In this document: piece after piece, positions 23,356 through 31,880 of the stretch
Numbering within the stretch: position 1 is the stretch's first letter
How the letters are laid out: each line of letters begins with the position of its first letter
Assembly: GCA_035637095.1 (NCBI GenBank)
Contig: DASPXX010000293.1
Location: 284-64,283, forward strand
Length of the DNA stretch: 64,000 nt
Origin: Thermoanaerobaculia bacterium
GTDB lineage: Bacteria; Acidobacteriota; Thermoanaerobaculia; Multivoradales; UBA5704
Direction: 5' to 3'
Notes under the pieces: generated by a model
Seen by the model: only the letters and a program-made list of their open reading frames with translations
Databases searched by the model: none
Told to the model about the DNA's origin: nothing
Position numbers and translations under genes: made by a program

Positions 23356-25047
23356 TCATTCCTGCGTGGAGAGGATCGCGCGGATGGTCTCCAGCGCGGG
23401 GTCCCGATTGGAGAAATAGTCCTTCGCGCAAAGCGGCACCGGGATGTCCGGCGCGATCCAGGAGCGGAAGTCCGTGGGCTCCGACTGGTGGTACCGCGAG
23501 GAGATGCTGCCGGCCAGGCCGCTCGCGGGGAGGACGAAGACCGTGTCCTCGCCGATGAAGTTCGGGCTCGAGCTGCTCGGCTCGCCGACGAAGACCGCGT
23601 TGGTGAGCCGGTCGACCTCGTTGATGAAGATCTGCGCGGCGGAGAAGGTCGAGCGGCCGGTGATCACGAAGAGCCTGGCGTCCTTCCGCGTCGTCTCGAA
23701 GTGGATGAGCGTGCGCAGCAACGGCGTGAGCAGCATGGCGTTGCCGCCGAAGTTGTGGCGGACGTCCACGATCAGGTTCTGCGTCCCCTGCTCGTCGACG
23801 GCACGCCGGAGGCGCCCCGCGAACGCCGCGAGCGTTTCGCCCGGCGCATCCGCCACCTGGTTGAATTGAGCATAGAGCGTCTTCGGCTCGGGCAGGGCTT
23901 CGAACCAGTGCGCCTCCTCCGCGCGGCGCAGGTAGAGCGGCACCGGTGGCGCGCCGGGCAGGGCGGACGGCGTCAACGTCTTGGGGAGCGGACCGGCGGG
24001 GCCGGGCTGGAGCTCGATCGTCTCGCGGCTCTCGCCGGGTCCGAGCACGGTCAGAGGGACGTGCAGCGGGTCCGCCACGGCGCCGATCGCGCGGAGAAAG
24101 TCGGGGCGCGTCAGGAGGACGGCCCCCATGGCCCGCACGAACATCGGGTTGTCCCTGCTCACGTAGGAGGCGATGCGGTCGAGCGCCGGACCCGGATCGA
24201 GCGATCCGATCGCCGCCACCCGCGATCCGATGAGCCGTTCGAGGCCGCTGGAAGCGCCGACGACGTACAGGCCGTCGCAGAAATCGTAGAAGCGCACCGG
24301 GAGCTGCCGGAGGGCGTGCGGGCCGAAGAAATAGAGCATGCTGTGCCCGTCGCCGAGCCGCGCCAGCAATCCCTGGAGGCCGACGGCGATCTCCTCGTCG
24401 CCCAGGCTCGGAAGGCGCTCGCGCAGCGCCGCCGCGGCTGGTTCGAATCCTTCCGGCAGAGGCTGCACGCGGTAGGCGGCGTGGACGCGCCGGATCTCGG
24501 CGAGGAGATAGTCGAGATCGGATTGCCAGGCCGCACCGCGGTCGAGCCGGCCCGGGGGAGCCTGTCCCGCGGCCTTCGCGAAGTCCGGATTGTCGCGCAG
24601 TGCCGCGAAGGCCGGATCTCCCGCGATGTCTGCCCGCCGCTCGAAGCCCGCGGCGAGCGCTCCCGCGAGGGCATCGAGGGCGCTCTGGCGATCGCCGGCG
24701 AGCGCGTAGGCCCGCGCGGCGTTGTAGCGGTCGTTCGGATCGGGCTCCCGTTCGAGCCCGAGCGTCCGCTCGAAGGCCTGCGCCGCCTCGCGGTAGCGTT
24801 TTTCGCCGAGGCGGCAGAAGCCCAGCTGGCGCCAGATGCGGACATCGTCCGGGGAGGTGGCGACGAGCTGCTCGTAGAGCGCGGCCGCGCGGGAGAAATC
24901 GCCGCTCTGGGCGAGGTCGTCCGCGCGCGCCGTTGTCCGGTAGTAGTCGGCGGGCGCGAGCCGTGTGGGCTCCTCGGCCCGCGCCGGCCCCGCGGCGATG
25001 CACACCGCCACCAGGGCGGCCCGTCTCCAGGTCGCAAGACACGACAT
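23356..25047 (-). CDS. Secreted TPR-repeat protein fused to an S41-family (tail-specific/C-terminal processing) peptidase domain
   Basis: Signal peptide MSCLATWRRAALVAVCIAAGPARA. N-terminal TPR-like region. C-terminal ..ARLFVITGRSTFSAAQIFINEVDRLTNAVFVGEPSSSSPN.. matches the S41 catalytic region. Confidence 0.75.
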   Translation of the reverse strand: MSCLATWRRAALVAVCIAAGPARAEEPTRLAPADYYRTTARADDLAQSGDFSRAAALYEQLVATSPDDVRIWRQLGFCRLGEKRYREAAQAFERTLGLEREPDPNDRYNAARAYALAGDRQSALDALAGALAAGFERRADIAGDPAFAALRDNPDFAKAAGQAPPGRLDRGAAWQSDLDYLLAEIRRVHAAYRVQPLPEGFEPAAAALRERLPSLGDEEIAVGLQGLLARLGDGHSMLYFFGPHALRQLPVRFYDFCDGLYVVGASSGLERLIGSRVAAIGSLDPGPALDRIASYVSRDNPMFVRAMGAVLLTRPDFLRAIGAVADPLHVPLTVLGPGESRETIELQPGPAGPLPKTLTPSALPGAPPVPLYLRRAEEAHWFEALPEPKTLYAQFNQVADAPGETLAAFAGRLRRAVDEQGTQNLIVDVRHNFGGNAMLLTPLLRTLIHFETTRKDARLFVITGRSTFSAAQIFINEVDRLTNAVFVGEPSSSSPNFIGEDTVFVLPASGLAGSISSRYHQSEPTDFRSWIAPDIPVPLCAKDYFSNRDPALETIRAILSTQE

Positions 25048-25069
25048 GTTCGTCCTCCTTTTGTGTGGG

Positions 25070-26407
25070 TCAGCCTGCTCGGAGCTTCGCGCGATGCGGC
25101 TTCCGCAGGCGTTCGAGCGCCCAGGCCGCGGTCTGCCGCACCGGGCCGGACGGATCGCCGAGCGCGGCGGTCAGGGGATCGAAGCCGCGGGGGTCTCCCA
25201 GCTCTCCGAGCGTCCAGGCCATCTTTTCGCGGACGCGCCCGCTCGGATCGCCCAGGGTGGCGATCACCGCCTCGACGCCGCCGTCCGACCGGAGCCGCTC
25301 CAGCTCTGCCGCGACGTCCTTGGCGCGCCAGTCGCGTCCCGGCAGGCGCGCGATGAGCGCGTCGACCGCGTCGGCCGCCTGCCGTGCCGGCTCGCCGTGC
25401 AGCCGCTCCTCGATCGTCTGCCGACGCGCCGCGGCCTCGACCGCGAGATCCGGCGGAGGTGGCGCGAGCGGCAGCAGGGCGCAGATGGCCAGACCGGCCA
25501 GGGCCGCCGCGCACGCTCCGGCACGGCGCGCTCCCGAGAGCGGCTCGCCGGGCTCGAACAGGCGGCGGACGCGCTGCTCGAGCATCCCGGGATGCGCTGC
25601 CGATGAAGCGACGAGGTCGAGCCCGGCCGACCCGCGGCGGCTCTGCCGCCAGCGCACGACCGCGACGAGCGCCGAGGCGAAATCGACCGGCGCGAGCGAT
25701 TCGACGGCGCGGCGGTCTGCGGCAGCCTCGCTCTCGGCGCGGACGATGCGCTCGAGGAGCCAGAGAGCGGGGCTCACCCAGAGCGCGCAGCGCACGATGC
25801 GGAGGAGGGCGGTGGCGAGGGGGTCCCGCCAGCGCGCGTGATCGAGCTCGTGACGCGCCAGGGCCGCGACCGTGCGGGCCTCGCAGCCGGCGAGCAGAGG
25901 CTCCGGGAGCACGACGGCGCGGGTGCGAACGCCGGCCGCGAACGGGCCGTCGCGGGAGTCGAGGTAGAGAGCGACGCCTTCCGGCCAGCCGAGCGACCGC
26001 CGGAGCGCGGCGGGAGCGGGGCGCCACCGCCGCCGCGCCCGCGCGAGGGCCAGATGGCCGAGCGCCTCCCGCGCGAGGAGCAGGGCCGCCACGCCGGCCC
26101 AACCGGCCGCAGCAAATCGCCCGGCGCGGCTGGACTCCGCGAGGTCGATCACCTCGCCGGGGTGAGTCGCGGGAGAGGACGGGCCGGCCGCGGTCCGCCG
26201 CGGCTCCTGCCGGGGGAGAAGCGTCGCGGCGAGCGGTAGACAAGCGGCCGCCGCAAACGCGACGAGGGCGACCAGGTAGCGCGCCCGCGGCAGCGCCGGA
26301 CGGGCGATCCGGAAGGCGAGCGCCACTCCAAGAGCGATGGGCAACCCGATCGCGATCAGATTGAACCCGAGGCGGAGGACCCACTGCACCGGCTCGAAAG
26401 CGTTCAT
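25070..26407 (-). CDS. BlaR1/MecR1-like M56 membrane metalloprotease sensor with C-terminal HEAT-like repeats
   Basis: Start MNAFEPVQWVLRLGFNLIAIGLPIALGVAL.. overlaps the blaI-like stop (ATGA). TM helices. ..ALARHELDHARWRD.. is the HExxH zinc motif of M56. C-terminus ..LGDPSGRVREKMAWTLGELGDPRGFDPLTAALGDPSGPVRQTAAWALERL has PBS-lyase/HEAT repeats. Confidence 0.8.
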   Translation of the reverse strand: MNAFEPVQWVLRLGFNLIAIGLPIALGVALAFRIARPALPRARYLVALVAFAAAACLPLAATLLPRQEPRRTAAGPSSPATHPGEVIDLAESSRAGRFAAAGWAGVAALLLAREALGHLALARARRRWRPAPAALRRSLGWPEGVALYLDSRDGPFAAGVRTRAVVLPEPLLAGCEARTVAALARHELDHARWRDPLATALLRIVRCALWVSPALWLLERIVRAESEAAADRRAVESLAPVDFASALVAVVRWRQSRRGSAGLDLVASSAAHPGMLEQRVRRLFEPGEPLSGARRAGACAAALAGLAICALLPLAPPPPDLAVEAAARRQTIEERLHGEPARQAADAVDALIARLPGRDWRAKDVAAELERLRSDGGVEAVIATLGDPSGRVREKMAWTLGELGDPRGFDPLTAALGDPSGPVRQTAAWALERLRKPHRAKLRAG

Positions 26408-26802
26408 CGGCGGTCCTCCCGGCGGCGCTGCGCATCGATCAGCGCCTGGATGCGGTCGAGTTGCTCGGAGTCGAGGTCCCTCTCGACGAGATGCGCCGCC
26501 AGCGCCTCGACCGAGCCCTCGAAGAAGCGCTCGGTCAGCCGCCGGATCGCGCCGCCGACCTCGGCGGGCTCCTTGACGAGAGGGCGGTACGCGTGCGCCT
26601 TCCCCGCAGTCTCCCGCGCGACCAGCCCCTTGACCTCCAGGCGGTTGAGCATCGTCTGGATCGTGGTGTAGGCGATCTCGACGCCCTGCTCGCGCAGATG
26701 CCCCTGGACGTCGCTCACCGTCGCGCGGCCGAGCCGCCACAGCGCCTGCATGATGTCCAGCTCGCGATCCCCGAGCGACCTGTCCCCTCGCGGTGCCGTC
26801 AT
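26404..26802 (-). CDS. BlaI/MecI/CopY-family transcriptional repressor
   Basis: From the internal ATG: MTAPRGDRSLGDRELDIMQALWRLGRATVSDVQGHLREQGVEIAYTTIQTMLNRLEVKGLVARE.. The winged-helix region is typical of BlaI. Translationally coupled to the M56 gene. Confidence 0.8.
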   Translation of the reverse strand: MTAPRGDRSLGDRELDIMQALWRLGRATVSDVQGHLREQGVEIAYTTIQTMLNRLEVKGLVARETAGKAHAYRPLVKEPAEVGGAIRRLTERFFEGSVEALAAHLVERDLDSEQLDRIQALIDAQRRREDRR

Positions 26803-26943
26803 TGCCCCGATCTCCTTTCCTACTCGTGTAGGACATGAGCATCGTACCGCCGCGGCGGCGTGCGTGTCAACTACAGGAGTAGGAGGAGGGGAGCAGGGTC
26901 CCGTCAAAGTCGGGCGGAGGCGGAGTTTTCCCCCGCCCAAAGA

Positions 26944-27000
26944 CCCTCACCCCCCTGGTCCCCTCTCCCACCCGCACTCCCACCCTCCGGGAGAGGGGGA
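26944..27000. repeat. Degenerate single-arm copy (c) of the MITE-like element
   Basis: ccctcacccccctggtcccctctccc-acccgcactcccaccctcc-gggagaggggg resembles the outer arm plus hairpin of copies a and b. Confidence 0.5.
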
Positions 27001-27009
27001 ACCCCCAAC

Positions 27010-27210
27010 GCTCGCTTTTTCAAGCTCCCCTTCGTCCATTTCGTCCCCCTCGACAACCGCATCGCGCTCCGCTCCAACCACCTTCCGGGGGAGATCCACG
27101 AGGACCCCGCGGACCGGATCATCATCGCCACGGCGCTGACTCTGGGAGCTCCCCTGGTTTCGAAGGACACGAGGATTCGTGACTATCCTCACGTCGAGAC
27201 CATCTGGTGA
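27010..27210 (+). pseudogene. 3' fragment of a vapC (PIN-domain) toxin gene lacking its 5' half
   Basis: ORF 26860..27210 ends ..FKLPFVHFVPLDNRIALRSNHLPGEIHEDPADRIIIATALTLGAPLVSKDTRIRDYPHVETIW*. The ..DP.DR.IIATAL..g..LVT.D..I..Y.. tail is the C-terminal third of PIN toxins. The N-terminal region is replaced by MITE copy c and unrelated sequence. Confidence 0.45.
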
Positions 27211-27404
27211 GGTCCTGCCCCCAGAGCTTACGAAGACCTTAGGAGCGCACAGAGAACCTCGGCGAAGAGAGCGGCGGTCGCTGCCGGCCCCCTATAGCCC
27301 AGTGCTAAAGCCCAGCCTATGGCCCGACCTGACCTTCCCTGGGCCATAGAAGTCATTGAAAACAAATCGCTCCATCCAAGTATGCGATCGGCGTCTGCTC
27401 TCGG

Positions 27405-29045
27405 CTAAGAGCTCTGGGCCTTAGACTCCGCAATCACCCAGCGTGCCCAGCGCCGTCGGCCCCGCAACGCAACCCGAGCCTCTTTGCGCATTTCTTCCAG
27501 AAGCCGCTGAATACCGCTCTCTGATTCGGAAGGCAGCACTTGGCGAAGCTCGGACAGCGGCGAGCCGGCTTCCCCCTGATCGCGAAGGTGCTGGAGCAGC
27601 AACGCCTTGTTCGTCTCGCGATCCAACCCCTTCTTGCGAGTGTAGACGCCCTTGGCCCCGAGAGCCGCATAGAGCCGCCGCGAAAGCAGATAGCGGGTCC
27701 CCTTGCCGCGCCCAAGAGATTCCACCGCTCCTGCAGCAATCAATCCCGGCAGCCGCGCCTTCAGGTGCTCTGGCAATGGCTGTTCCCGGTACAGGCAATG
27801 CAAGGCAAGGAAGTCGTAGGTGGAAAAGAAACTGGTCATCTCTTCGGTCAGCCTCTCCAGATAGCGCACGAAGGCGGGGTCGCGAACCATGCCCTCAAGG
27901 GTCAGGCGCACTTCGTGACTGGACGTGCCTGCGAGGCTGGGCAACAGCTTTCCTTGCCGGAGAGCGCTCTCGAACATCAAGTTCATGCCCTGTCCAGAGC
28001 GCTCGATCAGCCCGCACTTGGCCAAGGCCTCGGCCAGGCGACGATTGCGGGGATTCTGCTGGTCGAGGATGTTTTCGGGGGTGATGCCCGGCGGCAGGCC
28101 GCCCGGGCTCACGATTTCCAGGCGCTGGGGGAACTGGCGGACGAACACCGAGCCACCCAGCCTGTAGTCCCGATGCGCTACCGCATTCAGCAAGGCTTCG
28201 CGCACCGCGACCTCGTCGAAAGTGGGCAACTCCAGACGGAACAGTCCCTCCTGATAGCTCTGGCGGTTATTGCGCAAATTGATCTTCTGCCACAGCATGT
28301 CCTGGCAGAGCAAGAATCCTTCGCGGAGCTCTATGCGATCCGCCGCCGGCCCCGATGCCTCGGACGAGCGATATTCAAAGACGATCTCGGCTTGAGCCAA
28401 CCGCCGTCCGAGGGCGGCATGCGTGCCGAAGAGAATCAGCGCTGCGTATGTAGGCTGGCCATCCAGGAGCAATTCGGCATTGGCCAGCGTGTCCGCGTCG
28501 CTCCAGGACAGCCGCCGCTGGTCGTGCATTTTCGTGGCCCAGCGGGTGCGGAACGCGGAGATCGCTTCCATCGACAGATCGGCCAGGGTCGCCTGGGGGC
28601 ATGGTTCGGCGGAAAAGTCCGGCCCCACTTCGGCAAAGATCGTCCGCAAGTCGGCAGCGGTCATGACTGCGAGATCATCGCCCGCCCGTTTGAGATAGCG
28701 GCCTCCGATCTGCCATGCCGTGCCCGGCAAGCGGCCGGGTACCTTCACCACCAGCACGCGCCCTTCGGGCGTCCGCACCTCTTCGATCGGGATGCGATGC
28801 GACAGACGCTCGTGCAAGCCTGCCTCGGTACGACCCGGTTCGGCAAAGGCGGAGGTGCCGACGATACGCCGAGGCCGCTTATCGGTCACGCCGAGGATGA
28901 TCGTGCCGCCCCCCTCATTGGCGAGTGCGACACAGTATTCAACCAGTTTCTCGAATTGATAGCTCTGTTTGGCCTCTTTAAATTCGAGGTTCCTGCCCTC
29001 GGGCTCGTCGAGCCACTGTTGGAGTTGGTCGTGGGTCGTCGGCAT
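27405..29045 (-). CDS. AlbA_2 (Schlafen-like) + HATPase_c-type ATP-binding protein, putative transcriptional regulator/defense-associated ATPase
   Basis: From the internal ATG: MPTTHDQLQQWLDEPEGRNLEFKEAKQSYQFEKLVEYCVALANEGGGTIILGVTDKRPRRIVGT.. (AlbA_2/Schlafen divergent AAA-like domain). C-terminal half ..LNAVAHRDYRLGGSVFVRQFPQRLEIVSPGGLPPGIT.. (ATPase-like). Divergently transcribed from jetA. Confidence 0.7.
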   Translation of the reverse strand: MPTTHDQLQQWLDEPEGRNLEFKEAKQSYQFEKLVEYCVALANEGGGTIILGVTDKRPRRIVGTSAFAEPGRTEAGLHERLSHRIPIEEVRTPEGRVLVVKVPGRLPGTAWQIGGRYLKRAGDDLAVMTAADLRTIFAEVGPDFSAEPCPQATLADLSMEAISAFRTRWATKMHDQRRLSWSDADTLANAELLLDGQPTYAALILFGTHAALGRRLAQAEIVFEYRSSEASGPAADRIELREGFLLCQDMLWQKINLRNNRQSYQEGLFRLELPTFDEVAVREALLNAVAHRDYRLGGSVFVRQFPQRLEIVSPGGLPPGITPENILDQQNPRNRRLAEALAKCGLIERSGQGMNLMFESALRQGKLLPSLAGTSSHEVRLTLEGMVRDPAFVRYLERLTEEMTSFFSTYDFLALHCLYREQPLPEHLKARLPGLIAAGAVESLGRGKGTRYLLSRRLYAALGAKGVYTRKKGLDRETNKALLLQHLRDQGEAGSPLSELRQVLPSESESGIQRLLEEMRKEARVALRGRRRWARWVIAESKAQSS

Positions 29046-29118
29046 GACGGCGATCTCTTCTCTGAGGTACCACCGCCGATGATACGATACCTCGCGCGAA
29101 CGACGCGAGGTTGCCGCA

Positions 29119-30717
29119 TTGCAAGAAAGAACCACCCCACGCGAACCTGATGCCGTTTCGACGGCCCGGACCGCCGACACCGGTGGCCGGCTGACGCTGT
29201 TCTCTTACACGGTCGAGTCGCTCGCCCCGCTCTACCGTGCGGTCATGCGCCTGTTCCTGGAGGCCAAGGGGCGCTACCGGATCCAGCTGCGGCCGGATGA
29301 GGTCGCCGCCGAGCTCCGCCGCGCGAGCCTCCTGGGGGACCTCCCCGAGGGGAGCGTCGACCGCGCCCTGGACCAGCTCGTCGACTGGGGGAACCTGCGG
29401 CGCAGCCACGACACCGGGCGGGTCGCCACCCTGGAGGACTTCCGCCGCCGTCACTTCATCTATCAGCTGACCGCCGCGGGCGAGGCCGCCGAGCGGGCGG
29501 TCGGCGAGGTCCTGGCCGCCCTGGAGAGGAGCGGCTCGCTGCAGCGGGTGATGCTGGGGACCATTCTGCGCAACCTCCTGGAGATCCGCGGCGAGCTGGA
29601 GAGCGGCGAGCCGAAGCCGGAGCGGTTGTTCGAGCTGCTGTTCAACGTGACGGAGCAGTTCCGCGCCCTGACCGAGAACGCGAGCACCTTCCTCGCCCGG
29701 CTCCACGAGGCGATCGACCAGGGGGAGGTGCGGACCGAGACATTCCTTATCTATAAGCAGGCGGTCCTGGAGTACCTGGAGCAGTTCCTCGGCGAGCTGT
29801 CGGAGATCTCTCCCCGTATCACCCGGGAGGTGCAGGAGATCGAGGCGGCCGGCAGCGAGCGGCTGGTGACCCTGGCGGCCCGCGCCGATGCGGCCCCGAC
29901 GCCGCTCGGCCTCCAGGACCCGGCCGAGGGGCTGCGCCGCAAGTGGCGGGGGATCGCCGCCTGGTTCGTGGGCGACGGCCGGGAGCGCGCCACCGTGGAG
30001 CATCTGCGCTCCGCGGCGCGCGGCGCGATCAACCGCATCCTCCTGGTGCTCGAACGGCTGCACGAGAAACGCTTCCGCCGCTTCAGCCGCGCCGCCGACC
30101 TGCTGCGCTTGGCCGGCTGGTTCGACGGTCTCGACCGGGAGCCCGGGGGTGGGGAGCGCGCCCACCGCCTCTTCCAGGCCCTCTTCGGCCTCTTCGGCGC
30201 CCGGCACCTCGGTGGGCTCGAGGAGGATCCGGATCTGGTGCGGCCCGGCATGAGCTGGTGGGAGGCCCCGCCGGTGCCGATCGCTCCCGTCCTGCGCAAC
30301 ACCGGCCGCGGCAATTTCACCGGCCGGGCGGCGCAGATCGTCGACCACTCGCGGGTGAAGCAGCTCCTCGCCGAGCGCCATCGCCGCGACTGGGAGGCGC
30401 AAGCGGCGGCGCTGGCCCGTTTCGCCGGCCGCGGTCCCCTGGCGCTCGCCGGTCTGCCGCCGCTCTCGCCGGATGAGTTCGCTCTCCTCCTCTCGCTCCT
30501 CGACCAGCTGCTCGCGGCTCCGCCGGCGCCGGACGGCCGGCGCGCGACCCGCAGCCGCGACGGCCGCCTGCGCCTCGCGCTCGGTCCGGCGGCTCCCGGG
30601 GCGCTCGCCAGGATCGAGACAGCGGCCGGCCGGCTCGTCCTCCCGGCGTTCACCCTGGAGGTCGAGACCGCCGGGGAGACGGGGGCGCGGCTCCTCGCCC
30701 GCGGAGGTGCGGCTTGA
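29119..30717 (+). CDS. jetA: JetA-like protein of the TIGR02677/DUF2397 type (first gene of the four-gene SMC-Toprim cassette)
   Basis: 532 aa. ..TLFSYTVESLAPLYRAVMRLFLEAKGRYRIQLRPDEV.. Stop overlaps the next gene start (gcTTGAcc). Size, position and composition match the first gene of the TIGR02677-02678-02680-02679 cassette. Confidence 0.6.
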   Translation: MQERTTPREPDAVSTARTADTGGRLTLFSYTVESLAPLYRAVMRLFLEAKGRYRIQLRPDEVAAELRRASLLGDLPEGSVDRALDQLVDWGNLRRSHDTGRVATLEDFRRRHFIYQLTAAGEAAERAVGEVLAALERSGSLQRVMLGTILRNLLEIRGELESGEPKPERLFELLFNVTEQFRALTENASTFLARLHEAIDQGEVRTETFLIYKQAVLEYLEQFLGELSEISPRITREVQEIEAAGSERLVTLAARADAAPTPLGLQDPAEGLRRKWRGIAAWFVGDGRERATVEHLRSAARGAINRILLVLERLHEKRFRRFSRAADLLRLAGWFDGLDREPGGGERAHRLFQALFGLFGARHLGGLEEDPDLVRPGMSWWEAPPVPIAPVLRNTGRGNFTGRAAQIVDHSRVKQLLAERHRRDWEAQAAALARFAGRGPLALAGLPPLSPDEFALLLSLLDQLLAAPPAPDGRRATRSRDGRLRLALGPAAPGALARIETAAGRLVLPAFTLEVETAGETGARLLARGGAA

Positions 30718-31880
30718 CCACCCTCCTCGACGAAGAGCAGCGCCGGGCCGTCCGTCTCCTCCTCGCCCACCCGTTCGTCAGCGACGCGCGGCCCGATCCC
30801 GAGACCTTCGCTCTCGTCCGCCGCCACGCCCGGGAGCTCCAGCGCTGGTTTGCCGAGCAGCTCGGCTACCGCCTGGTGGTGGACACCGAATTCGCCCGCC
30901 TCCACAAACGGCCGGCTCCCGGTGCGCGCCTCCGCCCGCTCCGCACGCAGAGCAACCTGCCGTTCGATCCGCGCCGCTACGCGCTCCTCTGCCTGGTGCT
31001 CGCCGCCCTGGAGCGCGTCGAGGTGCAGACGGTCCTCTCCGAGCTGGCGGGGCAGGTGGCTCTCCTCGCCGCCTCGGAGGAGGCGGTGCGGGGCTTCGAC
31101 CTGGAGAGCTTCGCCGAGCGGCAGGCGTTCGTCGACGTGATCCGCTGGCTGGTGGAGCAGGGGGTCCTCAGCCTGGCGGACGGCGAGGACACTGCCTTCG
31201 TCGAGGGCCGCGGCGACGCCCTGTACGACCTCCACAGCCGTCGCCTCTCGCAGCTTCTCTCGGCGCCGGTCCCGGCCGCGGCGCCGGAGTCTCTGGAATC
31301 AACGGGCCTCGACGTCTATCCGGAGACCGAGGAGGGGGCGAACCGGCGGGTGCGGCACCGCTTGATGCGCCGGCTGGTCGAAGAGCCTGTCCTTTATATA
31401 GAGGACCTGGAGGAGGCGGAGCGCAGCTACCTCACCTCCCAGCGCCACTATCTGCTCGGCCAGGTCTCCGGCCAGACCGGCCTCGCCGTCGAGGTGCGGC
31501 GGGAGGGGCTCGCGGCGGTCGATCCGGCGGGCCGGTTGAGCGACCTCGCCTTTCCCGCCACCGGGACGCTCTCCCACGCCTCCCTCCTGCTCGCCGGGTA
31601 CCTGGCGGAGACGGCCCGCGCGGCTCCCGATCCCGCCGCCCCGGTCTCCCACGAGGACCTCCGCACCTGCATGGAGGGTCTCCTGGAGCGCTACGGCCAC
31701 CTGTGGAGCAAGCGCTACCGGGACGATCCGGCCGGCGTGGGCAGGCTCCTGGCCGATTCCCTGGAGCTGCTGGAGCAGATGGGGTTGCTTTCCCGCGGGG
31801 GTGGCGGAGTCGTGGCATTGCCGGCAATCGCGCGATTCGGTGTGACGGAGCCGGCCAGCAAGGACGAGACCGATGGATGA
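30714..31880 (+). CDS. jetB: JetB-like protein of the TIGR02678/DUF2398 type
   Basis: 388 aa, TTG start overlapping the jetA stop. Its stop is 8 nt inside the jetC start (ccgATGgATGAgg). Second gene of the cassette. Confidence 0.55.
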   Translation: MTTLLDEEQRRAVRLLLAHPFVSDARPDPETFALVRRHARELQRWFAEQLGYRLVVDTEFARLHKRPAPGARLRPLRTQSNLPFDPRRYALLCLVLAALERVEVQTVLSELAGQVALLAASEEAVRGFDLESFAERQAFVDVIRWLVEQGVLSLADGEDTAFVEGRGDALYDLHSRRLSQLLSAPVPAAAPESLESTGLDVYPETEEGANRRVRHRLMRRLVEEPVLYIEDLEEAERSYLTSQRHYLLGQVSGQTGLAVEVRREGLAAVDPAGRLSDLAFPATGTLSHASLLLAGYLAETARAAPDPAAPVSHEDLRTCMEGLLERYGHLWSKRYRDDPAGVGRLLADSLELLEQMGLLSRGGGGVVALPAIARFGVTEPASKDETDG

